64,000 nt of DNA from assembly GCF_006345805.1 (NCBI RefSeq), contig NC_043014.1, positions 35,278,001 through 35,342,000 of the forward strand, read 5' to 3'. This DNA is from Octopus sinensis. Lineage: Eukaryota. The notes under the pieces are model-generated. The model had not been told where the DNA came from. It searched no databases and worked only from the letters and a program-made list of their open reading frames with translations. The translations under genes were made by a program, and so were the position numbers. This document shows, piece by piece, positions 1-13,049 of the stretch (the first letter of the stretch is position 1; every line of letters starts with the position of its first letter).

Positions 1-190
1 AAGAAATAGGTATTTCGTCTGTCTTTACGTTCTGAGTTCAAATTCCGCCGAGGTCGACTTTGCCTTTCATCCTTTCGGGGTCGAAAAATAAAGTACCAGT
101 TTCGCACTGGGGTCGATGTAATCGACTTAATCCCTTTGTCTGTCCTTGTTTGACCCCTCTGTGTTTAGTCACTTGTGGGCAGTAAATAAA
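1..190 (+). mobile_element. Last unit of a family N SINE multimer
   Basis: Starts with the gaaata|ggtatttcg junction. Older diverged monomers at about 8850-9560, 12820-13010, 37680-38060, 47150-47330, 52195-52640. Confidence 0.85.
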
Positions 191-235
191 TATATTTTGT
201 TGCCTTATAAAACGTACTGTCCTTTTAAGATTTTG

Positions 236-500
236 CGTTAACGGGGTTCTAGACACAGCAGCCTCACAACAACCTTCGAAGGCGCTAGATATTATTGATT
301 GTGGTGTTCTCACCATCTGCCATATTTTTATAGCAGTTTCTGTTGCTCCAACTTCCGCAGCATCTATTGTATGATTGTGTTCATTTATAAGACTGCTTAT
401 TGCTTCCTCTAATGTAGTTATATTTATGATATTTACCACACTTCCAGTAAGTCCTGGGCCCGTTCTCTCTATTTTTATAGAATAAATATCCATCATGAAC
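236..500 (-). mobile_element. Possible Mutator/FLYWCH-associated transposase remnant
   Basis: Translation contains EHNHTIDAAEV...IKIWQMVRTPQSII, resembling the HNH-containing region upstream of MULE cores. Confidence 0.3.
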
Positions 501-824
501 TAAATTTTTTCGTCGTTTTTCTGTTTCTATATATTGAAGAACCATTCTATGGGCTTCAGAGTACTGAAATTTTAACCAGTTTTCTCTTGGAATTACGTCA
601 AAACCTCGAAAAAATGCTGAGAATTTTAAAATTGAAAGGTGCTGTTATTGATACATATTGTCCTCCTTAGGAAAAACAAATTGTCATGAAGTGGTAGTTT
701 GGTCATTAAGAAAAAGAAGTTTATAATTGCTCGTTTAATGCTATCAGTTCTCTCTGTATCTCTCTCTAGTTTTATCTGTAGATAAATTGTTGTAGATGAA
801 TTGTATATGTTGATGAATAGTTGT

Positions 825-2283
825 AGACGAATTCACCTAGAACCTGCCAGGAACCCAACTTCGGCGACCACGAAGGATAATGCTGACGCTGTGCACGTTA
901 TGATTCTCGAGGGCCGCCAGATTTTAGTTGAAGTCATAGATGTAACTCTGGGGATTTCCCGCGAGAGTTGGTCACATCATCCAGAACATCCTGGACATTA
1001 GAAAGCTTTCCGCAAAGTGGGTACTGAAATGCCTGAACGCATATAAGAAGCGCATCAGAGTGACGCAATTTTGAACCGGTTTGCAGTGGGAGAGGCTGAT
1101 TTTATGGCTCGTTTAGTCACCATGGATGAAACTTGGCTTCGTCGTTATGATCCCCAAACCAAACAGCAATCAATGCAGTGGCCCTACGACGGTTCACCGC
1201 GTCCCAAGAAGTTTCGGACCCAGAAGTCAGCTGGAAAGATTCTGGCTTCAGTGTTCTGGGACAAATACTGAATATCTATATATATAAAACTGTAGTTGTG
1301 TGAGTGTCTGTCCCCTTCGATTTAGATTCCTAACTCCTCCCACATTTTGCGGTGCAGTTTAACCAAATTCGGGTATCTTATAGTCATGATTCATATCGAG
1401 CCCGTCTGGCTATTAGCGCGCGTCTACGATGAGTCTACGATTTAAAAAATAATTTAACATCATTTTTTATTCCATTTTAATGCATAATTTTTTCTTGTGT
1501 CGATGGCGGCGGAGTTGGCGTCCATGGTTACACTTGCACCTGTTTGCTTCTCCCCCTTCTTCCCTCCCTCGTGAAGCTGTGGGGAAGGGAGTGTAAGGAA
1601 ATCAACGTCGTAATGCGTTGTCAAGGAGACCAGCGTTCTTTTAGAACAACGACTTCATGGCTTGAAGACACCAAAACAGAAATGGCTAAGAAAGCCTGAA
1701 TTGGCATCTATAAAGGAAGTAACGCTCTAAAAATGCTTATATAGTTATTTCCCTTACAAACCCGAGCAACGCCGGGCGATACTGCTAGTTCCTCATAAAA
1801 TACTTGCCAAAAGGTCGCACTATCAACGCAGAATACTAGATATCTCTGTTGGACGAACTGCGTGAAACTTCGAAGCAGAAACGCTGTGGCAAGCTGTGTT
1901 GTGGTGTCCTGTTTTTTTTTTTCAGGACAACGTACCAGCGTACACAGCACATGAAACTCTATGGAAAATGCGCAACTATCGCTTCGAATTGCTAGCCCAC
2001 CCACTTTACTCTCTTGACGTGGTCCCCTCCAACTATCAATTCTTTCCATAACTGAAGAAACATTTCAAGGGAACGAAATAACACTCCGCTTCAGAAGTGA
2101 TCGGTGCTACAGAGGTTGGAAGGCCAACCTTCCGAGTTCTTTTTACGAGGCTTAGTAAAACTGAAGGACCGCTGCAATAATTGTGTGAATCTGAGAGGAG
2201 TATATGTTGAATAAAATCATAATTAATTGAACCTCCTGTATTTTTAAAAACCCAAAGCCAGGAGTTTTTCTGCACTTCCTTGT
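825..2283 (+). mobile_element. Degraded mariner (DD34D) transposon, split by a Helitron-type insert
   Basis: WVLK (WVPx), TMDETW, ASVFWD, QDNVPAY...HPLYSLDVVPSN with 34-residue spacing; 3' end followed by TA; stops and frameshifts. Confidence 0.9.
1275..1788 (+). mobile_element. Non-autonomous Helitron-type element
   Basis: 5' TC, subterminal hairpin cccgagcaacgccggg, 3' CTAG, inserted between A and T with no TSD. Confidence 0.8.
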
Positions 2284-2589
2284 ATATATATATATATATA
2301 TATATATAAAGCTTGGTGACACTAAGATTAATTAAATAAAGTCGCACGAAATGCCATTGAATAAAATATATTCGTGTAAAACTACTTTGAACAAGTTCAT
2401 GTAGGCTCGGACGTGTGAAAATCTATCATCGCGGAAATAGTCGCAGGTGGGAAAAACATTCTCTTCCAAGGCAACATATGTGGAAACTCAATGGGCAGTG
2501 AATGACGTCCTTACGATGTCATGTATACATACATACATACATACATACATTCATACATACATACATACATACATACATACATACATACA

Positions 2590-2621
<32 letters not shown>

Positions 2622-2912
2622 CATATATACATACATACATACGTACGTACATAGTATATACGCGTATGTCTATCTATGTATCTGTTTGTCTGTCTGGGAT
2701 ACATATTAGGTTGTGAGGTGTGTTGACGTCGATGTCATTCTCGCTCGAGCCAAATCTGTCGTTTAATTCTCCTCTTCTCTCAAACAGCAAAATCCAGAAA
2801 ATTATGAAATTAATCGTTATAAACACGCACAACTGTATATTACAGATATATACACACACACATACATGTACATACACACACCTACACATATGCATATATG
2901 TATATGTGTATG

Positions 2913-2945
<33 letters not shown>

Positions 2946-2958
2946 TTATATATATATA

Positions 2959-3010
<52 letters not shown>

Positions 3011-3204
3011 GTATGTATGTATACGTATGTATATTTTTGTGTCTGTGTTTGTCTCCCAACATCGCTTGACAACCGATGCTGATGTGCTTACGTTCCCGTA
3101 CTTAGACATACAAAGAATAAGTCCTGGGGTCGATTTACTCGACTAAAGGCGGTGTTCCAGCATGGCCGTAGTCAAATGACTGAAACAAATAAAAGAATAA
3201 AAGA

Positions 3205-3241
<37 letters not shown>

Positions 3242-4346
3242 ATATATAATAACACAGATGGTCATAGGGTCACTACAGCTGTTTCAGACGTGTTCTTTAT
3301 TGATAAACAAATTTACATGTAAAAAAAAAGCCCGTTTTTTTTCAGGTGAACTGAAAGTAAAATTCAAAATTTAGGATTTTTCACACAAATAGTATATAAC
3401 GCGTATTGGCTCTCTCATCTCGGTTACTGCTGAAAGAGTGAATAGGGAACGTTATTTCGAAGTAAATATACATAGTAATAAGTTAATCAACACGTTTAAA
3501 GTATTGAAATGGAGGGAGGAAAACAAACAGAAATAGAAGGAGAGGAAAAGGAAAACGAAAAAAACAAAGAAAGAAAAAACTTGCATCCCTGGGACGAGAT
3601 GGTTAGCCACCATTTGATGACATCAAGATAAGCAAGAGAATGCACAATCGTAAATAAAATTAATATGAAATGAAATGAATTAAAAATCACCACCAGATAA
3701 AAGCAAGAAGGGTGCAAAGCATGGTCATAAAGTGGAAGGCTTGTATATAAGCGGAGCCCATCTTTGGCATCCGTTTTGCTGTTAAATTTTAAGTCTTAAA
3801 TTTTACTCTTAATTCACATGAAGAAAACTGTTTTTTTTCATGATATAATTGTTTCGTTCATGAATAAAAAAAAAACACGCCTGAAACAGGTGTAGTGAAC
3901 CTCAGCCCATCTGTGTTATTATTTATACTTCACCACACTCGGAACCTTCCCTGCGTTGGATCTTGAGCCTAAAGTGGACCGTGGAATACGTGCCGGAGTA
4001 TACTGCTGTGTGACTTTAGGTAGAGGTTGTGTATTTGGTCAATAATCGTAACTGGAAGGACAAATCCATATTTACTTTAGTAAGTACGTGAGCGTCCGTA
4101 CACACTGTTAGTGCACAGGTGCACTTTCCCCATCTCTACTCTGATGTTTTGATTCCATCGGATACTGAAAATTATGTTTTTAAATAGGCGTAGGTGTGTG
4201 GTAAGAAGCTTCCCAACCACATGGTTCCGGGTTCAGTCCAACTGCTTGGCACCTTGGGCAAGTGTCTTCTACTATAGCTTCAGGTCGACCAGAACCTTGT
4301 GAGTGAATTTGGTAGAAGGAAACTGAAAGAATCCCGTCGTATAATA

Positions 4347-4378
<32 letters not shown>

Positions 4379-4399
4379 ATGTGTGTAGACACATATATA

Positions 4400-5213
4400 G
4401 GGTATATTGAATAAACTGTCGTCTAAATTATACAAAAATGAAAATAGCACTGAACTCTCATTTTAACAGATATATTTGCTAAAATTACATAAAAATATCT
4501 TGAAATATTAAAGTGTAAATTTATTCAATAAAATCGCCATTGGCTTCAATCAGACGACTTCGGAATCTGCTACAACTCTTCTAGACGGTCTTGTTGTTTA
4601 AGTTGGTGAATGCAGCCATAATCCTTGGTCTCTCGCTCAACTGCGCCCCACACATAATAATCAAGGGGCTTGCAGTCTGGGGAGTTAGGTAGCCAGATGT
4701 TAGGGGTGATGTGGTCGTAGAAATTGTCTGACTGCCATGACTGGGTTCTCCTGCTTGTGTGGCATGGTGCAGAGTTCTGCAGCCAGACATAGGATCTTCT
4801 AGCAGCCACCTTCTTGACTCAGGGCAAAACTGCCTCCTACAAACACTTGATGCAGAAGACCTCCGTATTGAGTCTGAGGCTACGTGGGAAAATATATGGA
4901 GGCATAACGTCGCCATCACTAGTGATCACTCCAAACACTATGATGCTGATTGGATGTTTTGGGGACACGGTAAGCCAATAGTTGCTCTGTATGTTCACCA
5001 TCTGTTCGTATTGGAGCTTCCGGCGCGAATGCCAAGCAATACAACATGTCATTTCCAAATTTCTGGCAGAATGAATTGCGTCATGGCGCTGTTTTTCTCA
5101 CAGATGGTACTCAATTGACCCTACTATACTGTGTAGTCGACAAAATCAAAAGCAAGCAATGTACATGTGTGAAATTAAAAATATGAAATGGAGATAATTT
5201 ACTCATCGCACCC
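4400..5213 (-). mobile_element. Internally deleted maT (DD37D) transposon
   Basis: VFGVITSDG, QNSAPCH-x-NSPDCKPLDY with 37-residue spacing, imperfect TIRs (gggt...accc), TA on both sides. Confidence 0.8.
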
Positions 5214-5710
5214 TATATATATACATGAAGTTCCGGAAATACTGAACTGCGAACTGGTTTCAAATATTTTGAAAGTCTGATTCTTTTGTACTAGCTTTTT
5301 CGAGCAACCTTGACCACTGACTCCACCAGGAGCAATGCTATCTCTAAATTGCTTTGTACAAAATACAAGTAGGAAGAAAAAAAACATAAAAAAGGAAAAA
5401 CAAAAGGGAAGATAGAAATAAAAAGTTAAAACAGAATTTCTGTGGGACTTTTCTTTTACTAAATATGAGTGTCAAACAAGTATTGTAATAAAGCAAGTGG
5501 ACGTGTGGGAAGCTTTTTCACATGATCAAATTTTCTCATCTTTAATTGGACGTTTAAACGTAGTTTTTCATCTAGTCTTAGTCACACCCTAGATTGATTT
5601 CTTTGAGTGTGTTTCTCCCTACCTCCGACATGCTCACCTTACCGTCTGCTCTCCTATCTCCCCTCCTTTCTCTCTCACTCTCTCTCTTTTATTTTCGCTC
5701 TCTCTCTTTC

Positions 5711-5856
5711 TGTGGTAAGAAGTTTGCTTGCCAACCACATGGTTCGATGTTCAATTCCCAATGCGTAGCAACTTGGACATGTGACTTCTACTCTAGCCAG
5801 GAGCCTATCAAAAGCTTGTGACTGAATTTAGAAGGCGGAAACTGAAAGAATTCCGT

Positions 5857-5904
<48 letters not shown>

Positions 5905-6307
5905 CACACTCTCTTTTACTCTTACTCTTTACTTGTTTTTCAGTCATTTGACTGCGGCCATGCTGGACCACCGCCTTTAGTTGAACAACTCGACCCCGGG
6001 ACTTATTCTTTGTAACCCCAGTACTTATTCTATCGATCTGTTTTTGCCGACACCGCTAATTAACGGGGACATAAACACACCAGCATCGGTTGTCAAGCAA
6101 TGCTAGGGGGACAAACACAGACACACAAACACACGCATATATATATATATATACATATATACGACGGGCTTCTTTCAGTTTCCCTCTACCAAATCCACTC
6201 ACAAGGCTTTGGTCGGCCCGAGGCTATAGTAGAAGATACTTGCCCAAGGTGCCATGCAGTGGGACTGAACCCGGAACCATGTGGTTGGCAAGCAAGCTAC
6301 TTACCAC
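5711..6307. mobile_element. Two family C SINEs tail-to-tail (5' part on +, 5711-5860; near-full on -, 5909-6307)
   Basis: Same motifs. Partial copies also at about 3040-3205, 4185-4342, 9712-9845, 24345-24665, 44795-44960, 49768-49985. Confidence 0.82.
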
Positions 6308-6620
6308 GTATATAAATTAGAGAAAAAAACCCACTATTATGCAATTCAAACAATGATAGACATAAACCAAATCATAAATAAAAAATAAAAATTATTTTTA
6401 TAAAACATATAACTAGATCACTATATATTTTATTTTTGATCTATGTTTTGGTTTATATCTATCATTGTTTGAATTGCATAATAGTGTTCTTTTTTTTATC
6501 TAATTTATATTTTATATATTTATATTGTGAAATTTGATTTAATACTAAATTGAAATTTATCCCTGTAAGTTTGGAGTCATACTGCCTGATATTATTGTTA
6601 TTATTATTATTAATATAATA

Positions 6621-6664
<44 letters not shown>

Positions 6665-7389
6665 CGTGACGTGGCCGACCAGACCATCAGATGTTGCTAC
6701 ACATCGCTGGTCACACATCGCCTCGTGGGGCTTTTAGGTGTTTTCGCTCAATAAACACACACAACGCCCGGTCTGGGAATCGAAACCGCGATCCTCCGAC
6801 CGCGAGTCCGCTGCCCTAACCATTGGGCCATTTATATATATATATATATATATAAATAACTTATAAAATAAGGGCAAAAGTTATAAGTTATTTATAAATT
6901 TAACCTTTAAAGATGTTTTTTGATATGCTAGCCATTGATAAAATTTTTTTTTCGAAAAAAATTTTATCCTACATTAGTTATATATATTAATTAATGAATT
7001 ATTAGTGACAGAAGTAGCATTAATACCAAAAGGTAACCATTACATCCAATCATCCAATTATAACATGGATGCCATGTTAGAACACCGAGTACTGCGTTAT
7101 TAGTCTTTGTTGATCTCCTTATATAAACACTTAGTGCACAAACCACGCGCATAGATCGAAGCAGTCGAAATTCGTCCGTCATGGGTGTCGCAATTCCCAT
7201 ATCACGTGATTTTGGTCTACTGGACCTCATCAGTGAGTGGCACTGATAAGTACCAGGCTATGAAATATAAGCACTGAAGTTGATTCGTTCAACTAAGCAT
7301 TTCTAGGCGTTGCTCCAGCATTGCCGGAGTCCAATGCCTGAAAAAAAAGTTAAAAGATACACACACACACACATGCACACACATATACA

Positions 7390-7455
<66 letters not shown>

Positions 7456-7475
7456 ATCTGGTGGACGCGTCTGAA

Positions 7476-7575
7476 NNNNNNNNNNNNNNNNNNNNNNNNN
7501 NNNNNNNNNNNNNNNNNNNNNNNNNNNNNNNNNNNNNNNNNNNNNNNNNNNNNNNNNNNNNNNNNNNNNNNNNNN
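7476..7575. other. Assembly gap (100 N)
   Basis: Run of N next to a (TATC)n tract. Confidence 1.
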
Positions 7576-8257
7576 TTCTATCTGGCGGAACGAAAAACAC
7601 TGACACAAAGACATATATATATACACACACACACGCTCACACTTAAAGGGCCCCTCACAGTTTTCGTCTACTAAATTTATTCACAAGACATTTGTCGGCA
7701 CGGGTCTATAGCAGAAGGTATTTGCGCAAGGCGATATATATATATAAGCAAGGTAGCCATTTCTAAGATCTCTCTCTTCCTTTCTATGCGCACACACACA
7801 TACACACACGCACGTACACATGTGTGTATGTGTGTAAATATATTTTTAAAACTGCAATTATGTAATTTCCATGATTTAATTAAAACTCGATTATAATGCA
7901 AACCTTTACTCTTATGTATCATCTTTTTGATTTTTGATTATAAAGGGTACGATTTCGCATTATATTGAATATATTTTGAATATTATTTTGCTTGAATATT
8001 ATCAGTAATTTCTTAAATCAGAGACTTTTCATAATTGTCGTTGCAAATAAATCTATACTTTCTGTTTTGTCATTTGATACTATACTATAAGATGTGTGTG
8101 TAATTTGTAGTTACGTTGGATACAGTAATTATATTTATTATAATTATAGATCGTTAAGATTTGCTTCGACAGGAATTCTCCACAATATCCATCAGATCTT
8201 AAGAAACTTAAAATCATAGAATGATAGTAATGCTTCTCTCTCTCTCTCTCCTCTCTC

Positions 8258-8301
<44 letters not shown>

Positions 8302-8489
8302 ATATAATAATATATTATATATCTATATAGATATCTATCTATATCTATCTATATATAGTACCTCGGTTTTCAAACAACTCTGATCCCGAAAAAATCGTGC
8401 TTTATCTCCTGTCTTTCTCATATTCATTTAATAGAGTAGTACCTCAGTTTACGAACGCCTCTGATCACGAGTATATCGTGCTTTATATG

Positions 8490-8559
<70 letters not shown>

Positions 8560-9838
8560 AATGTAGGCGGATACGTTATGCTATCGGTTAAAATATCTTA
8601 TGGCATATGGTTTTACTTTACAGTTCAAATCCCGCTGTGGCTCAATGTAGGCTAAACAATATGTGTGTTAAAATAAGTAGTTGATTTGAGTGCTATCTAA
8701 AAGTAGTGCTGCAGTATGGCCGTAAACCAGTTTGAGAATAAATGAACAGAGATAATTATGGATCTAAATAGAAAAAAAAAAAACTTAAGGGGACTGTGGC
8801 ATGTCTCTAGTATCTGAAGAGTTAATCTGAATTAGAGACAATTATTTCTGCTTGAAAAGGACGCGTAGGACAAAATACTTGGCGGCATTTTGTCCGTTTT
8901 TATGTTCTGAGTACAAATTCCACCTAGATCGACTTTGCTTTCATCCTTTCGGGGTCGATGAAATAAGTACCACTGGATGTAATCTCGACTACCCCTATTC
9001 CATCAAAATTCCAGGTGTTGTGTCTATGGCAGAAAGGAATCATTTCTAGTTGAATAGGCCGCCGGACAAAATTCTTAGCATCATTTTTTACCAGCTTTAC
9101 GTTCTGAGTTCAGCTACCTCCAAGGTCAACTTTACCTTTCATCCTTTCGGGGTCGATGAAATATACACTAGTTGAGCACTGGCGTGAATGTAATCCATTA
9201 ACTCCCCCCCCACCTCACAAAATTTCAGGTTAGTGCCTATAATAGAAAAGATTACATCTGTTTACTAATTAGATAGTGAGGCAAATCGGACTCCCACTGT
9301 CACTCTCTCTCTTCTCACTCCCTCTCTTCCTTTCTCTTCTCCCGCTTTCTCACATTTGTAGTGATCTGTTGCATAACGAAAAGCATAGAAATTTATAAAT
9401 GCCATCTTGGCTTATAACGACTTGGCCCAGTCGCTAGAATGTCGAATATATATTGTCTTTCCGCTCTCTGTACTCAGTTCAAATACCGCCAAGGTCAATC
9501 TATAGCTTTTCATCCTTTCGGGGTCGATAAAGAGTTACAAGTCCCGTACTGGAATCGTTTTCTTCCTTTCTTTCTCTCTTTCTCTCTTTTGTTCTCTCGT
9601 TCTTTCTAAAGGCAACTTACCTTTAGGCAAGATAATCAATATGAGTGGAATCTACAGTGATGGTAGAGTTTGTTAAAGGGACACGAATCTATAACATATG
9701 ACAAACTTAATTACACATATTGTCTTGGGTTCAATCCCATTGCGCAGCACCTTGGGTAAGTGTTTTCTAATATAACCGCCCCGGGCCCACCAAAGCCTTC
9801 TGAGTGTAGTTTGTAGACAAAAGCTGAAAGAGACCCGT

Positions 9839-9891
<53 letters not shown>

Positions 9892-10087
9892 GTTAAATGC
9901 AGTGCTGATGAAAGGGCAATAAACTTTGAAATATGCATTTACACCTATTACCTATTAACTGCGGTGCACCAGCATGGCCGCAGCCCTGAGCTGAAGCTAG
10001 AGAGAGAAATATATATGTACAAACACACATACGTACACATACAGACATATACCCGCACACGCATATATATGCATATATATATATGTG

Positions 10088-10118
<31 letters not shown>

Positions 10119-10824
10119 GTATATATATATATATGTGTATATATATATAATATATATAAGTACTGTGACCGATTGTCCGACTAAACTCTTCAAGTCGGTA
10201 CCACACCATGGCCGCAGTCCAATGACTGAAACAGGTAAAATAATAAAAAAAAAGATGTAATTAAAGAGGGCAGAATTCATAACAAGTGCGCGCACGCGTG
10301 TCTGTGAAGGTCATAATGGGATGGACTATGCAGGATGGCGAAAAGTTTTGCTGGGTGATGTAATTTTTAAGGGTTGGTGAAATTTTTTTAACACAGATGG
10401 CAGATTTTTTATACAGGGAGTGGAGGAATTGCAGGGGCTGCGGTAGGATGACCTAATTTCCCAGGTTGTGGGTGTCGAACTGACGAAGGGCGGTGTTATT
10501 TGTAAGGGATGACGTATTAAATTTATATCTCGATCATGATTTTCCCAGAGAACAATTGAATGAAATGGCTACAAACGAGAATCAAAAGTCAGTAACTAGT
10601 TTATGTTGCTGTTTCACGTTGCCATTATATATTACCTGTTTCTTGCGTTATCAAGGTCGTAAACAAAGCTACAGAAACACATATACATACAATCAGACAG
10701 GCACACACACACACACAGACACACATACATATGTATATATGTATGTAATGTATGTATATAGCTATGTGTGTGTGTGAATATCTATCTATCTATCATCTAT
10801 CTATCTATCTATCAATCTATCTAT

Positions 10825-10977
10825 CTATCTATTTTTTTCTTCCTTCCCTTTTATGATCCCTTTTGATCGAAAACCTAACCCACCTTTTTTTTCTCCCCCC
10901 CCCCAAAAAAGCTCTACTTTATAATCTGTCCCGTCTGTGTGCAGCCCTGTGTGGCTAATAAAGAAACATATCAATCA

Positions 10978-11051
<74 letters not shown>

Positions 11052-11199
11052 TTTTTTCTTCCTTCCCTTTTACGATCCCTTTTGATCGAAAACCTAACCC
11101 ACCTTTTTTTTCTCTCCCCCCCCAAAAGAAAAGCTCTACTTTATAATCTGTCCCGTCTGTGTGCAGCCCTGTGTGGCTAATAAAGAAACATATCAATCA

Positions 11200-11257
<58 letters not shown>

Positions 11258-11400
11258 TTTTTTCTTCCTTCCTTTTTACGATCCCTTTTGATCGAAAATC
11301 TAGCCCACCTTTTTTTTTCTCTCCCCCAAAAAGAAAAGCTCTACTTTGTAATCTGTCCCGTCTGTGTGCAGCCCTGTGTGGCTAATAAAGAAACATATCT
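10825..11400. repeat. Three tandem ~215-bp units, each a ~145-bp unique block plus (TATC)n
   Basis: Block ttcttccttccctttt...gtggctaataaagaaacatatc at about 10830, 11050, 11258. Confidence 0.92.
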
Positions 11401-11414
11401 ATTTGTATACTGTA

Positions 11415-11632
11415 TACTCTTTTACTCTTTTACTTGTTTCAGTCATTTGACTGCGGCCATGCTGGAGCACCGCCTTTAGTCGAGCAAATCGACCACAGGA
11501 CTTATTCTTTGTAAGCCTAGCACTTATTCTATCGGTCTCTTTTTGCTGAACCGCTAAGTTACGGGGGCGTAGACACACCACCATCGGTTGTCAAGCGATG
11601 TTGGGGGAACAAACACAGACACACAAACATAT

Positions 11633-11663
<31 letters not shown>

Positions 11664-11834
11664 CATATATGCATATATACGACGGGCTTCTTTCAGTTTC
11701 CGTCTACCAAATCCACTCAGAAGGCTTTAGTCGACCCGAGGCTATAGTAGAATACACTTGCCCAAGGTGCCTCGCAGTGGGGCTGAACCTGGAATCATGT
11801 GGTTGGTAAGCCAGCTACTTACACAGCCACTCCT
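11415..11834 (-). mobile_element. SINE family C copy
   Basis: Colinear with 50118-50541. Confidence 0.88.
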
Positions 11835-11999
11835 ATACATTTATGCAGTGGTTGGCACAGCTAACCAAAAATTAGCTTCGCTAGCCGTTAATCCGCTAAC
11901 TATAAGAATTAGCTTCGCAAACACTAAACCACTAAACAGGTAAGCTAATTAGAGGAAGCTAACGCTGAATGGTAACCGCTAACTTTTATCATATGAATT

Positions 12000-12270
12000 T
12001 TATTTCGGTTAAGCTTCTTGGCTCTAGAACTCCCTAAAAACAGACCTGCTGAAATTTTCATGTAGCTTAGACATAATCCTTGTCCGGTACCGGATCGATC
12101 CCAAAATCTAATCAGTTTGTGCCAGCCAGGAGACCAAACATTCCTGAAAGTTTCATCCGAATCCATCCAGCGGTTCTTGAGATATCTTTTCCACAGACAA
12201 ACAATCAAACAAACACGACTGAAAACAATACCTCCGCCTTCGCTAAGACAGAGGTAATAAAAATAAAAAT
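12000..12270. mobile_element. Possible non-autonomous Crypton-like element
   Basis: tttcatccgaatccatccagcggttcttgagatatc...acctccgcc...gaggtaat end pattern recalled from non-autonomous Crypton repeats. Confidence 0.35.
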
Positions 12271-12391
12271 GAAAACGTCGTTTTTGAGAGATGCTTAACA
12301 GCTTCTCTGCGCTATACTCTCAAAATACAAAGTTACTATGTACGTACCCTTAATTTCAGGCATTCTATGCACTTTTGTTTTCTCTTTCTCT

Positions 12392-12805
12392 TGTGTGGAA
12401 AGTAGCTTGCTTACCAACCACGTGGTTCCGTGTTCATTCCCACTGCGTGGCACCTTGGGCAAGTGTTCTTTTACTATAGCCTCGGGCCGATAGAAGCCTT
12501 GTGAGTGGATTTGGTAGATGGAAACTGAAAGAAGCCCGTCGTATATATGTATATATATATATGCATATGTATATATATGTGTGTGTATTTGTTTGTGTGA
12601 CTGTGTTTGTCCCCCACCAACATCGCTTGACAACCGATGTTGGTGTGTTTACGTCCCCGTAACTTAGCGGTTCGGCAAAAGCGACCGATAGAATAAGTAC
12701 TAGGCTTCCAAAGATTAAGTCCTGTAGTCGATTTTCTCGACTAAAGCCGGTGCTCCAGCATGGCCACAGTCAAATGACTGAAACAAGTAAAAGAGTAAAA
12801 GAGAG
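12392..12805 (+). mobile_element. SINE family C copy
   Basis: Colinear with 50118-50541, opposite strand. Confidence 0.88.
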
Positions 12806-13049
12806 TATCCCACTCTGTATAAAACGGTGAGTTGGCAAAATTGTTAGAACGTCGGAGGAAATACTTAGCGGAATTTCTCCCGGTTCTTTAAGTTCTGAGT
12901 TCATATTCCTTTGATGTCAATTTGATTTTTATTCCTTGGGGGCGATGATCGATAAAATAAAGTACCAGTGAAATACTGGGGTCAATGCAATCGACTTACC
13001 CCTTACAAATTGAATCTTGCCACGGACTGTTCAGGGGATTGTTGTGATC

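Noticed and set aside
10825-11400. CRISPR-like array
   Set aside because: The context is eukaryotic, the repeats are ~145 bp, the spacers are microsatellite and there are no cas genes.
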